From Catajapyx aquilonaris (lineage: Eukaryota): a stretch of DNA of 64,000 bases. The translations under genes and the position numbers were made by a program. The notes beneath the pieces are model-generated. The model had not been told where the DNA came from and searched no databases. It saw nothing but the letters and a program-made list of their open reading frames with translations. This document shows, in pieces, positions 1 to 38,388 of this stretch. The stretch is taken from positions 1-64,000 of the forward strand of contig JYFJ02001909.1 in assembly GCA_000934665.2 (NCBI GenBank), given 5' to 3'. How positions within the stretch are numbered: position 1 is the first letter of the stretch; the number at the start of each line of letters is the position of its first letter.

Positions 1-402
1 ATCCGGACCGGACCAAGACCGGAGGCAGCCCCGGTCATCCCTCCGTGCAACGCAAAAAACCGCATGTCCGTACCTCCCATAGGAGCGAGGATATGTCAAA
101 CGAAGACGATGAATCCGCACCCGGTTTTCTCCTCGCTTTGCCAGAAAAGTGGCGCGAACGCCAGGTACCCGGCCCTCTTAAGCCACTCTTTTCAAGAGTA
201 ATAAGGGATATCTTTACATGGCAGAAATTGCACAATCTGTGGGAACAACACAAGAAATTTAAAATAATGATGACCACATTAGATAGGACTTAACACTGTT
301 CAACAAATTTAGCAGCCTATAGCAATTGGCTGGATAATGCACCAGTACCAGATGATGACTCAAAGTTCACCAACCAGAATTCCATCTGCAATACCTGGTT
401 AG

Positions 403-816
403 TTTTAGACTTTTTCTCATCATTGAAAAAAAGTCTTACAGAACGGCTCTGTCTGTCCGTCCGTCTGTGGACAGGTATCAGGGCCTAACCGCAAAAGATA
501 GGGGCAAACGGTTTTCATATTCGGATTAAGTGTGACCTAAACAGGTGTCATGGTCAACTTCCGGTGGTGGCAGGTGCCACTTCCAGTTTTCCAGGTTCAC
601 TCTATCCGCACAAGTCTACTTTATCATTGGATTTCGAAATTAGTTTCCCTGGATTCCTGACCATGTGTGTCGCGGAATTAGCTGGGGTTTTACCTGGCAC
701 TGTGGCACAGGGGCTGTGCAATTAATTCCTGATGTTGGACATGTTCACGATGCGCGTCCTTGCCCGCCATGAGTAAAAATCTACTATAATCATGCTCACA
801 TGATTTGCCAATCTTG
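403..816 (+). mobile_element. DINE-1/HINE-like non-autonomous Helentron, copy 1
   Basis: Starts at TTTT with the subterminal IR TAGACTTTTTCTCAT and its degenerate partner near 769-784. Carries the GTCY microsatellite (ctgtctgtccgtccgtctgt) and a 3' hairpin ATCATG-ctca-CATGAT (789-804). Homologous to 53733-54008. Confidence 0.75.
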
Positions 817-1644
817 TTTGTACTAATTTCTTACCAACAAGTACACAAAACTAGAAAAGGGCGAAGAATTTCATGCTTGATATGCACACTTCCAATTCTA
901 TGCTTGCCTCTGAGCATGTTAGCAGGACATTGTTTCAGTAGCCTACATGAAATTGTATGTTTTCGCATGATATGCCCATACTTCAAGGATTCCCCTCTGG
1001 ATGACACTCCACCCCAGAAGGTCAATCATTAACCAGATGGCATCAGTTGTTGTCAATAATTAAGCAGCAATCTGTAATAACTGCTATACCCTTTGGGACT
1101 TACTGTCAGTGGTGCAACCTGGCCTAAGCAGAATAGATCCTCACTAACATATCAGCCAAGTCCAGGAGGAAACAATATCTCCAAGTCAACAATAATTATT
1201 CACAGCTGTGGCAAACTTTCATAACAAAGTGGAGAAGCACTTGAAAGACATGGAAAATCACGTAAAGTGTAAATGTATACGGTAATCCCATAAGGTGTAA
1301 CCAGTGATGCAAAATGTTTACATCATTATATATTTTTATATTATAAATAGGCATCATAAAAATATAGTGAACAATATGCCATTCTAAAAATCTAGAGTTG
1401 TTCACCATTTGAAAAAATACAACAAAAAAACATTAGTGTTCCTAGGACCACCTGTTGTGATTTTAAAATGGGAAATAAAGCAAAATTGGGAATTTCAAAT
1501 GCACATTCTTGTAATACCCAAATAGAACAAAACAGTTTCACTTCATGGTAGGCTACATCATTATGAATGACTTCCACTACAAATTGTGGCAGTAGGAGGA
1601 AAAAATTATCCTGGAAGGGACCCTTTTCCACAATACATGCTTAC

Positions 1645-2980
1645 CCAGTATGAATCCATATGGTCCTTCCTGTGTTGATTCCTCTAGCTTGACACTACAT
1701 TGTTCAAGAACAATTACACCAGCAGGTTCAGACCAATGTTCTCGACTCTTCAGGTAGAACAGCATGTTCCCTCGAAGTCTGCACCATCTCTCCGTACTAA
1801 CTATTAACACAAGTAACTTATTTTTTCTGACAATTACTTTTCCCTTAAACTAATGTAACTTACACATTTTAATAGTGTGATCAGGTGCTGCTAATGGTAA
1901 TGGGTGGGGTTCATTCCAAGTCACAATTAATTACCAGCACATGCAGCATGCTACATGCAAACATCAACAGCGACATGGATAGTCTTACACCGCACTTTTA
2001 ATGGCATTAATTATTGCACACTATTCATGCAAGCATATGCATGCACAATTTTCTACATACAATATCCTGGCAGTGAACTTTGCAGTGCTTGTGAAAGATT
2101 GTAAACATATTCACTACTCCAATCGTGTAAACGTGTGTACTATCTGTGTATTTATGCACGCAATTGCACTGTATAATTACATGCATAAAATTACCTGAGG
2201 CAATCTGTGAATTTTGTTATTTACAATTCCATCCCTTCGTAACCTGTTAGTCACCACTACATGCAAACGTGTATGTAACATATGTGCAATGTAACAATTA
2301 CAAAAATACATAACCACTACCATAAAAAAGTTACTTTCTAATCGCTGCTGGTGAAATAGTTGCCCAAAAACACCCCATGTAAATAAGTAAATAAACAAAC
2401 AGCATACGTGTGAAAGTGGTACCCATGTTGTGTCTGTGAAATACATAATATACATATCACATATGTACCTTTAGTTGCTCCACCATAGCAGCGAAGATCC
2501 CCAAGTTGGGATTTTTTCCCTTTTTTGTAGTTTTTGCCTGAAAGGAGTTAACCCAAGTCACCCATTCCTTATTGTTGATTTCCATCTGTGGCGTGGTGTT
2601 GAAATAACTTTACTTTGTATACTTTCCACCACCTCTTTTAGTACAGAACCGGTGGCATTCCAGTGTTCTTCACTTAAACAGTTAGTAATAGTTTTACATC
2701 TGGATCACTGCATAGTCACATATAAGCACACAAATGACTCATTTTTACACCTAAGCTGACACGTGCAAAATAAAATGCACTTGACTGGACTGCACTTGTC
2801 ATGCAGAAACATTCATATGGAATCTAAGTAACTACATACGTAGGTTTAGGAGGATTACTTACTTTCTGTCCTCCTGAAAAAGCCCTCTTGCTTTTCCCTC
2901 ACATATAAAATTCCTTCCTTATCAAACTTGTTGGAAGGTTGGGAGGCCAAAGTCATTAATTCTTGCTTGTTAAACCTCAT
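1645..2980 (-). CDS. N-terminal PH-domain exons (2863-2980 and 1645-1800) of a probable inositol polyphosphate 4-phosphatase (arthropod INPP4-like; PLEKHJ1-like is the alternative); gene continues off the left edge
   Basis: ATG at 2980 gives MRFNKQELMTLASQPSNKFDKEGILYVREKQEGFFRRTE, ending at a GTAAGT donor (phase 1). It joins an AG acceptor at 1800 giving STERWCRLRGNMLFYLKSREHWSEPAGVIVLEQCSV..., a PH-domain pattern, with a GTAAG donor after 1645. INPP4 versus PLEKHJ1 is from recalled N-termini only. Confidence 0.8.
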
Positions 2981-3812
2981 CTTGTCATCATGGCGTGTAA
3001 AGTTATAATTTAAAATACTTCTGCCAGATCAATGTTGAAAAATAAATAACTGCAACAAAGTACATTTTAACTCATTCTCCACTCATTACACACTTTCAAA
3101 ATTTGTACTTACATTATGGTAATGTTACGTTGAGATGTAAAAACTTGTGCTCCTCATCTGTCACACAACCTTGAAATGGAAAGAGGAAGTGATTAATAAT
3201 GTCACTCAGCCACATGTCTGATAAGGTAAAAGGACCAAGTACTGCTCTGGGTACTGCATGTTATGAGCAAACATAATCTAATATGAAAGACCTACCAAGT
3301 CTTTCATAAGCTCGCTCACATCTCCACTCAGTAAAAATCTCACGAACACAAATTCCCACTGGCTACTGTCACCTCACCTTCTCCCCCCCTTTGGCAGAGA
3401 ATGACACTATTACAACACAATCCCATTTGTTGGGTTTCCAACTACTGTATATGTATAATAATTCCACTCAAGTGCATAGTCGAGGTCACTGGGTCAAGTG
3501 TAAATTAGTACCCATGAGATTTTTACCGATGACAATTAACTTATGAAACACTCGGTATACACATTTCCTGTACATGCACAGATTAATTTCAAAACTGATG
3601 ACACCTACTAGGAAGTTATAAATAAGTGAAGGACCACTCACTTCCAAGTGTATATGAATAACAATAGTAGCTCAAGATCCCTCTGGGGTAAATTTTGATC
3701 TTGATAGATAGGCTAATTTTTAGTGGACTTTGTTCCTAATAATATTGGGATGAAAAAATGAAACTCAGTTTTTCCATAACTGTTCCTTGAGTTGTGGAAA
3801 CATGTGCTTTAA

Positions 3813-3997
3813 GGTGCGTTTACATGTGAGAGATTTGATCGCGCGATGTCATCGCCGGCGATAACAAAGCTGAGTAACCCAAGTAACCAGTATTGTTGGA
3901 GGCGAAAATCGATTGTTACTTTCACCTCAAACAATATTGGTTACATCACTTGGCGATAACTTTGCTCCACTTGTCAAATCGCTCACATGTAAATGCC
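3813..3997. mobile_element. Small degenerate TIR element (Harbinger-like MITE)
   Basis: GGTGCGTTTACATGTGAGAGATTTGA versus TCAAATCGCTCACATGTAAATGCC inverted ends; TAA on the left. Confidence 0.55.
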
Positions 3998-4119
3998 GAT
4001 TTAAACTCATGAATTTGCAATTTTTTCACACTTTAAATTAATAGCCCCAGAAAGTTCTAGGAACCTTCCAGATTTTAAATTTTATTCTTATTTTTCATAG
4101 ATATGGTAGTTGAAGCTCA

Positions 4120-4123
<4 letters not shown>

Positions 4124-4155
<32 letters not shown>
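4124..4155. repeat. (GT)n microsatellite
   Basis: Direct reading. Confidence 0.95.
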
Positions 4156-4158
<3 letters not shown>

Positions 4159-4185
4159 GTTGCCCATTGCTCACTTTCACTTACA

Positions 4186-5850
4186 CAGGGTGACCACGAA
4201 TTGACCCAGGCCCGTCTCCCGAGTCTTCGGCTCCCTAGGCAATCATGACACTTGACGCCCCTCTGCAACATATGAAGACCTATTATACATGTAATAGGTC
4301 AGCATATGTTGCAGAGGGACCCAGAGTCCATTTATAATTGGAGGGCTCGGGAGAAAAACGTGATAACCGCCAATGAAAAATGCAAAAAGTTCTCGGCCTG
4401 GTTTTTTCCCGCCGAAATAAATGAAGCACGGAAGGTGTCCTCTGGTAGGGAGTACCTTCATGAGTATTCGTGAATTGTTTCCCACCTGCAGAGAGAGTAA
4501 GTCGCTTGCAGTCAGCCTGTGAGTGACCGAGGCGCCCGTTGAATTTCAATTTCCCGCGAAAATGATGGAACAACTTGAACAGGGTACTACCCACAACTCG
4601 TCACCAGTCATCAATGTTCACGAAGTTGAGGTCACCGTTTCAGGAGTCCAGAATGTCCTGCGAGACTTGCAGCTCCGTCAGTAGGTAGCTTGGGCACGAA
4701 TTGCACGTCTCAGGAGTAAAACGTGTTAACTGGCATGTAGCAGTGGGCTCACATGCTGACTATTAGCGACTGGTGCTCTCTGCAGGCGGGAAAAGATTCA
4801 CAAATACTCATGAAGGTACTCCACACCATGGTCTTCGAATACTAAGGTCTGGACACTCCCTCTTATCGCCTGCTGGGGCATTTTGCATGACTTGCTCACT
4901 TGAGAGCGCCATGAGACAGCTTTTCATTGCGCTATTATGTGGCGACCCTACCGCCTACCGGACTACGCTGAACTAAGGTAGAAGAGAAGCCGCTACATGC
5001 GGGCTCAACATGGCCGCCAGCGACCATGTTGGGTCCCGCAATGTAGCACTACCCTTTGTACCTATGAAGTTCAGCGTAGTCCGGTAGGGTCGCCACATAA
5101 TAGCGCAATGAAAAGCTGTCTCATGGCGCTCTCAAGTGAACACCTCATGTAAAACGCCCCGGCATGGCAGCGATGAGAGTAGGAGAGTTGTAGGGGAAGT
5201 GTCCAGGGGCTGCTTCACACCTACCCACAGAAGGACACCCCTTGTGCTTCATTTGTTTAAAAATAATTCCGCCGTCGCCCCCCAAAAAATTCAGCCGTTT
5301 CAGAGCGCCGGCGCCGCCCCGCCGTGGCGGTTTCAAATAGGTGCACATCTCTACTTCGTGGCGCCCTCCCAAAATCGGCGCCCTAGGCGGCTGCCTATGT
5401 CGCCTATGCCTGGGGACGGGCCTGAATTGACCAGTCAGACCTGTACCCATGGCTCAATTGACACCAGAGGATCATGTTATGTAGAGGAGTCATTATGTCT
5501 AAGCAGCAGATAATTGATCATTTGCGATTTAGCAATTGGGCATGGTCAGTGGTCACCCTGGGTCAGTCATCAGGGCACTCTTCGGCCCTCCCTAGTGCAT
5601 GTCAGTGTGCGCCATGCGACATGCTAGTTGCCAAATGGGGTCGCTGCTATTTTGACTGGTGATGGGATTTCGGGGCTGAAGGTTTCCATACCTCCCAGGA
5701 TACTTTGTACCAATTTGTACTTGTACTTTGAAGGCAATTATCTCAGTAGGGAGGTTGCCCAGACATGATGACTCCTCTACATAACATGATCCTCTGGTGT
5801 CAATTGAGCCTCGGGTACAGGTCTGACTGGTCAATTCACAAACACCCCTG
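4186..5850. mobile_element. Tc1/mariner-type MITE with long TIRs, left TIR interrupted by a hAT element
   Basis: CAGGGTG...GAATTGACC continues after the insert as AGTCAGACCTGTACCC...GAGGAGTCAT. This is the reverse complement of 5768-5850, which ends CACCCCTG followed by TA. Confidence 0.8.
4207..5424. mobile_element. Non-autonomous hAT-type element with 8-bp TSD
   Basis: TIRs CAGGCCCGTC.../...GACGGGCCTG; exact AATTGACC at 4199-4206 and 5425-5432. Confidence 0.88.
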
Positions 5851-5868
5851 TATATAATAAAATAAATG

Positions 5869-6242
5869 GGGGAGGTGTGGTGGCCGAGATGGTAACGTCT
5901 CGGCTTGGTGAGTGAAAGGTCCCAGGTTCGATCCCCGCCTGGGAGCTACCTTTCGCCTGCGTCGGGAGGGTCTCTGACCTGCACCAAGGAGGGCCATGTG
6001 CAGTCCCCCAGGAGGTGTCTGGCAACCTAACCTCCTGGGGGACTGCACATGGCCCAAAGGCTAGGACATTGCACCTGCACAAGTGTCCCCTCCCCAACAA
6101 TCCCTATCCCTACCCTACATCCCTAATTATTCCTTGCACGGTGATCGAAGTAAAAAAAATGACTCTATATGGTGGTAATCCACTCCCATATAAACCCTGA
6201 TCGGGTTATCAATGGGTAATAGAAATAGAAATAGAAATAGAA
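5869..6242 (+). mobile_element. tRNA-derived SINE family A, copy 1
   Basis: A box TGGCCGAGATGG, B box GGTTCGATCCC, (AAATAG)n tail and 15-bp TSD ATAATAAAATAAATG (5854-5868, 6243-6257). Confidence 0.9.
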
Positions 6243-6477
6243 ATAATAAAATAAATGCTGGCTGCACAATATGGCAACACCTCAAATGGGATATTACAAT
6301 GCAGTACTACATCCTTTATTGCTCAATAAAACTGACAATAATGAAAATTATAATTGCATGCTATTGAATCCCCATTGAAATATCAGGTTTGAGAATACAC
6401 ATGTATTGCAATTGCAACCTATACAAAATGGTTAAAACAATAATAATTCGTAAATGTAAGATATGGGCAAGCAAATC

Positions 6478-6723
6478 GAGTGGCTGAGAAGCAGAGTGGT
6501 TCATGTCGAAATTCGGCCATTTTGAGTTGTCGCCTGCATGGCATTCCCCATGCCCAACTCTGTTTTGTAACTTGGCATAAAGACGATTGTAATGTTCGCT
6601 ATCAAATTATTCGGTTAATGTGACTTACTTTTACCATGGCTGCAAAGGCAAGCCTAGAACTTTGCATGCATTTATCTCAAAACTATCTTTTTCGACATGA
6701 ACCACTCTGTTTCTCAGCCACTC
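6478..6723. mobile_element. MITE with ~35-bp TIRs (GAG...CTC ends, Sola-like)
   Basis: GAGTGGCTGAGAAGCAGAGTGGTTCATGTCGAAA versus TTTCGACATGAACCACTCTGTTTCTCAGCCACTC. Confidence 0.8.
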
Positions 6724-9378
6724 AATTGATCTTTTATGGGAAACCTGAACAAATTAACATTATTTGATACAATGGTTATCTTATGAGTGCAAATCCAACA
6801 CAAATTGTGCAGAACAGAAAAAAAAGGCACATGTAACAATGCACTGAGGAGAATGAACTTATGAATAGCCAAGACAGGAAGGAGGAGGTTGTACAGTTAG
6901 GCTGCACATTGATTACCTTGGAGGAAAGTTTTTTTTTCCGCTCTTCCCCCAAGGCCTCCTCTTAAAGTGTGGAGGAAGGTGGGGGTGCAGCATGTCTCTT
7001 GTGAACCATTACTCTTCCTTCCCTGCCAGTGTAATGGGATATATTTAATGGCCAAGGATAAAAGGTAGTGGCAGAGAAGATGCTCGGAATTTTACCGCTA
7101 TCCCACGGGGAAACCATACTTAAACTTAAAATCCCGATGCAGTTGCTCTCTGCCAGCTATATGGTTATGTTACCTGACTTTCGTCTGTGTGATATACGTC
7201 TGTTCCTTAGGAAGAATTCCCCCCGGCCCCTTCTCTTTCCCATGTCTCAGTTACTTTTAAATTATTATAAAATACACCCCAACTTTTGTACCCTAGAAAA
7301 TGAATACTTTAATTTTGCCCTAATGCCTTGTGTGGAGGAGCAAAATGAATCACATGTCAGAAGAGAAATAAAAACTGCGAACTCTTGTTCATTAATAATA
7401 ATTGACAAACCTTGGTCAGAGAGTGAGAAAAAAGTCAAGTTTTGGTGCCAAAGTTCTGAAGTCATTCATAGGTCATGCAAAATGTACAAGGCTATCCAGT
7501 TCCAAGTATTCATACATCACATACCACAATTTCAACTTCACATAAGCAAAACACCCACACTCTCCTCCCAAAAAATCTTTGCATTAAGTAACGTTATTCA
7601 AGGTTTTCTTCATGCAAGAGTGACATGAATGAGATGGAAATGTCACAGTCTGTAGCTTGTACCAAGTTACTTCCTATTTATTGTTCTTGCTTTTGCAAAT
7701 GTCACAAGTGCTGCAGTTTTTAGTAAAAAATGCACGCCCTTTGTGAGCAAGACTGATGAGATAGACACGTGCTTGGTTATTGCGCTATACTGTTCTGACA
7801 TGCTTCCTTTTTTTCCTGTTGAACTGTGTCGATCAAGTTCAAGTTTAAAAATTCAGGTCAACAACCAACGCCACTATCAACAACTGCCACAAACCGAGAT
7901 ACAGAACAACACTATAGTATTTTTGGTACTGATAAGTAGCCCAAATTGCTTATCATAAACAATGTATATCGCACTCTATCTTTGCATCACTCACTAATAA
8001 TGTTGCGGGTGATCCACTACTAATCAATTTGGCATCATAATAGTTGCATTCAATTAACCAATAAGCAGCAGCATTACTGTTGTTCTCAATAAATGGTGCT
8101 TAAAATTATCTGCGATAAAGTTTAACAAATTGATGTTCCGTTATAATCTTGCACTATTTTGTGTCAGAAATAGCTCGTACGCTACCTGTGCGACATGCCG
8201 ACTCAACTAGCACTACTATCATTTGCAAACTATATTTCCTGTCACCGGTAACACAATCAGGCAATATAGTATTCCAGCCTAACATGTGTTTTCACGCATA
8301 CATGGGGTTGTATGACTTGTCATTGAATATGTGCCTAGATCCAGTATATCTGCTCACCTTTGGATGTTAATTAATGTAGGACCCAGGAGCACTCGCGAAA
8401 TGATCACCACACTGCCCGACGTGCCGCAAATTTTGGAGAAGAAAAAGGCAGAAGGGGGGGGGGGGGGGNGGGGGGGGGGATTTGCGAAAAGGATGAGTGG
8501 GGTGAAGGGGTGACCCGGAAATTCGCTGCCCCTTTCACAGGCTGCAACGAATGGAAGGAATAGCATTTGGCAACGCTGCCCGGTGTCCCCCGAATTTCAA
8601 TGTTTACACGTGATATGTGCAGGATGCATGGTGCGCATGCGTCTTGCGCCACTGTTCGCCACTATTGGTTAGTGTTAATGAATATATTTTTTTCATTGGT
8701 TAATCGACAAGCTCCTGGAAAGAGATTGGTAAATAATTTACACAATACATCTAACATAGAAGGATGATTTCATGAGATCTTGCTTGTTATTGGCCTAAAT
8801 CATTGGTAACGGAAAGCTTATTGGTTTGAATATGTAATGACCTGGCTGGAATATGTAAACCATGTAAACTAATAAAAAAAATCAGGCCCGCACATGTTGT
8901 TTTACTTGTTTTAGAAAAACTACGTCTATTTATTATTTATAATAAGGATGGCATTGATATTTTCATACATTATTTCTTTAACATAAATATCTACTCCCTC
9001 ATAGTACCCGCGAAAACTAGTAAAATTCAATTTTGAGACAATTCTTTGCACGCCGCAGCACGATTAACCATGCGATTAACTTGTTACCTGGTGTTATGTA
9101 GATTTACTGCCACACATTAACCCTAGAATCGTGATGTGCCTGAAAGTGACGTTAACCGTGCTGTGGGGTCTTTCAGGACCCCATGCCCTTGCCCATGCCA
9201 TATTGTAATTTTTATTAATTTTTATATAATGTAGGCCTACTTTCCAATGTATTGACTATATGCTATCATTCTTTGAACAATGCCTAAAATGATCGCTAAT
9301 TCGAATAATCATGCACTTCCTGTTATATACATTTTTTTAAAAAATAGCAACCGTTCATTTTCGTAGTGGAGAGTTTTC

Positions 9379-9694
9379 GTTGGTTGGTTGGTTGGTAGGA
9401 AGGGTTACCCAGCTTGTATGGCTCTTTCAGGGTCGAGCCTTGGCAACCGGGGGTAGGAGAGGAAGGTGTGGGATTGCAAGGTAGTGGTGGGTGAGAAGCA
9501 CGGGTTAGAAGGGTGGGGGAGTGGAGAGGAGGGCTGGCCCCGGCTGTACTGCAATGCCGGGTCCAACCCAGGGACGGGGGTAGGATATTCTCCCAAGCAC
9601 CCCGTCCGACCAAGAAATGCGAGTCAGGTCCGAGGACCGCTCGAGGAAGAGAGTACCGTCCCTGATGGTGAACCAGCCGGGACCTCCATTAAGT
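9379..9694 (-). mobile_element. 5'-truncated 3' end of a non-LTR retrotransposon with (AACC)n tail
   Basis: Flanked by a GAGTTTTC duplication (9371-9378, 9695-9702) and ends in a microsatellite tail. The minus-strand remnant LAFLGRTGCLGEY resembles typical LINE ORF2 C-termini. Confidence 0.6.
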
Positions 9695-9721
9695 GAGTTT
9701 TCTTATTTATCTTACTATATA

Positions 9722-10371
9722 CAGTGGAGCATCGATTATCCGAATCCCGATCAACCGAACGTTTTCGAGAGAAAGAGAGAAAAAAGCGCGATTTAGCCAC
9801 CAAAAAACGAGCCTCGGCTCTCAAGCAAAAAAAATTGGCCTTCCCCCCCCNCCCCCCCAAACTGTAGGACTGCTTAGCACTTAACTAGTGACCTGGAAAA
9901 TCCCACACTCACGGTGACCTGGGGTCTTTTATGACCCCAGGGGATTTTAAATATAAATTGCCTTTAATGATAAATATTTGCTTTTTAATTCTTTTACACA
10001 GCACCTGCAACTGTTTTCTACAATTTGGTTTAATTTTCAACTCTCTAGCTGCCGTAGAACGGAATTAAAAAAATCATATACCTAACCATGCAATATTTTC
10101 ATAACAAAAAAAATTGCACCTGGGGTCTTAAAAGACCCCAGGTCACCAGTATAAGGGTTAGTGTAAGGACAGTAAGGTATATGCACTGTATTTTTAAGAC
10201 GTGCCTGTGACAGAAAATATACAGTTTTGTGGTTCATATCACTGTTTCTTAGTTTCATATTGCTCTTATGACACCGGTGCAATTATTTTCTGTAAATGAT
10301 CGGTTATCCTAAAAATCAGTTATCCGAACACCCCCTTGGCAGACTCTGCTCGGATAATCAATGCTCCACTG
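9722..10371. mobile_element. Tigger/pogo-type MITE (TA TSD) containing a smaller piggyBac-like insert (~9900-10158)
   Basis: TA|CAGTGGAGCATCGATTATCCGA...TCGGATAATCAATGCTCCACTG|TA. Confidence 0.85.
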
Positions 10372-10632
10372 TATCTACATTTTGGATCATGGGTCCAAAA
10401 ACAATGGAATGACTTATTTACATTTTGGTAGCTGTGAAAATTATGAAACCAGATTTAATCCATGAAATTAAGTTTATTTAAGGAATACATGCAGTTTCAG
10501 GTCATTATCGTTTCAAGGTCACTCATTGCAATGCATTTTAATTCCTTGGGGTCCTAAAAGACCCCACGTCACAGTTCCAGGGTTAACTTGTTACCTAGTG
10601 TTATGTAGATTTACTGTCATTAACTAGACATT

Positions 10633-11035
10633 AGAGAGTTTCAGGGGATCCGTTATCCGACACGGAACGATTGACGAACGCATCGTAACTCCGCCCCGCC
10701 TGAAAGTGTATCATTTGACACGGTAGGAGTGATTCAGGTGTCAGGTGAGCTAGTACGCTACCAACCCTTGCACTGTTAGTCCTGCACCCACATGCGGCGA
10801 CGTGCACACCCCCTGGTCTAGGTTAAGGTGGTAGCAGTGGGATGGTTTCTGTCAATGGCATGGGTATCGTCTAACGCTATCACCCCACCTGTATCGGGAT
10901 ACGCAACGTAGGGAGTGGGTGGACAGTGGACTATAGTAGGAGGGACCGCCGGACCAATCACCGCTTCGGTTATGCTTCTTCGGGGCCCACGGAGTATCGT
11001 TTCGTAACATACGATAAGGACCACTGAAACTCTCT
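10633..11035. mobile_element. MITE (Harbinger-like)
   Basis: AGAGAGTTTCAG...CTGAAACTCTCT terminal inverted repeats. Confidence 0.7.
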
Positions 11036-12560
11036 ATTTAGAGGACATTGATATTTGGACAAAAATCCTATTGCTGCAATGAGTTACTGATGTTCACTAA
11101 ACACTGGACATCCTTGCATTACTGGGGGCATCTTTTCACCTCAGATATACACGAATTTTTTGGGAACTTTTGTCAAAATTATAATGCCTCATCATTGACA
11201 GGAACTAGGAAAAGTTCTTGAACATATGTCGCACCATATATGCGTGTCGCTGCTCATGAGAACTGGCGGCTGCAAGTGAATTCAATGCTACACAAGAAAA
11301 ATTATTCTCACATCCCCCTCCTCACTGTGTCTCTCCACATGAGGAAGTGCCATCTGTCCAACCAATGCAATGGTCCAACCTGTGATCATGGAGAAGAGTA
11401 AACACCATTATCTTCGTTGTTGTGGGTCATGTCAGGATATGCCTGGAACCAAAAGAGAGCTGGGAATGCTCATATGGTTTCCATGAAAAATTTTCAGTTT
11501 TCATGGTTCCAGACAAGAAGGTTTGAACCTGTATTAACACCATCAAGTAAGTACCATGCAAGACTTTATTATCATTTTATAATGCATTGAACAGAGCCTT
11601 TGCATTCTGCCCACTTCAGCAGGCAGATGTGGTGCCTCCTGTCCAACAAATTCCCATCTTTCATTCCAAAAATATAGCATATCTTTAAGTGTCAATACAT
11701 CTTGTCTACACTTGAAATTCGAATTCAATTCATATTTACATATCTCTAACCCACCTAATCATAACAACAGCAACCCACTCTTCTGGTGCAAAAATTTATC
11801 TACAAAACACTAATTGACAATGGAATACACTGGATACCCCTTCTCCCACAGCAAATGGTGACACAACAGTCGCCAATGAATTTTATTTAATACAATAATA
11901 ATAATTAATAATTAATAATAATTTAATACAATTTTTCCTCCTGCCTCTTACAACTTGGGTGGGTTGGGAGAGGCTTGCCCGGTGACCATCAAGGTTGGTT
12001 GGTTGGAGTCAAAGCAAATAAGGCTATCTGGAATAGGAGACGGTAAGAGGGGAAAACAGGAGAACCCCTTGCCTGACATGGAGATCGAACGCAGAGCCTC
12101 AGAGCTGGAAAGTTGTGAAGATAGTGTCTCAAAAGGCAGGTATGACTTTTCCTATCCCAATATCATTAAATGTTGTCATACCCTACGTAAATCACGTAAT
12201 AACATCCAAAGCAGTACAGTAGTGTGAAAATGCAACAACACTATGACTTCCACAGCTTCATACGCTCTGAGTTATCTCCATGGGTGATCCAGAAGGGGTG
12301 GGACAGGACATCCCTTCCCACCAAGGTCCAATCACAACTCAAGTACTGATGGCTAGCACAAGTTGTTCAACTAATTTCTGATGCTTCACCATCAGTCTAG
12401 CCTGTTTTGGAAATATTTTTGTATTGCCTACTTGCACCAGTTTATTGTGGTGACACTGCTTCAAAAAACCCCATGAGGTGATGCAAGTTACAACAAGATG
12501 CCAATATTCTAGTACAGAGACCAAATTAATGACATAAATTTCTCAAGGCATTAAACAACA

Positions 12561-38304
<25,744 letters not shown>

Positions 38305-38388
38305 TGTGTGAATATCCCGGGATGCAACTGATGAAAAGTTAGAGTATAAGTTGTGGATATGAGACTTAAGGGCGTCAGATACCTACAC

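Larger units (their letters stand above)
9121..10582. mobile_element. piggyBac-type MITE hosting nested insertions
   Basis: TTAA|CCCTAGAA...TTCCAGGG|TTAA with subterminal palindromes GGGGTC-n6-GACCCC. Confidence 0.8.

Noticed and set aside
2469..2585. Possible extra exon of the PH-domain gene (MEINNKEWVTWVNSFQAK...EQLK|gt)
   Set aside because: It ends in phase 0 while the next exon needs phase 1; unsupported without RNA data.
5869..5945. Functional tRNA gene (also 40562 and 34075)
   Set aside because: A and B boxes are present, but it continues into a shared ~290-bp body with a tail and TSDs, so it is a SINE head.
7068..7628. 186-aa ORF
   Set aside because: GTG start, no recognisable domain and no supporting splice structure.
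8454..8480. G/C homopolymer runs with N (also ~9850, ~29157, ~62125) as G-quadruplex elements
   Set aside because: Low-quality homopolymers with ambiguous bases; the lengths are unreliable.
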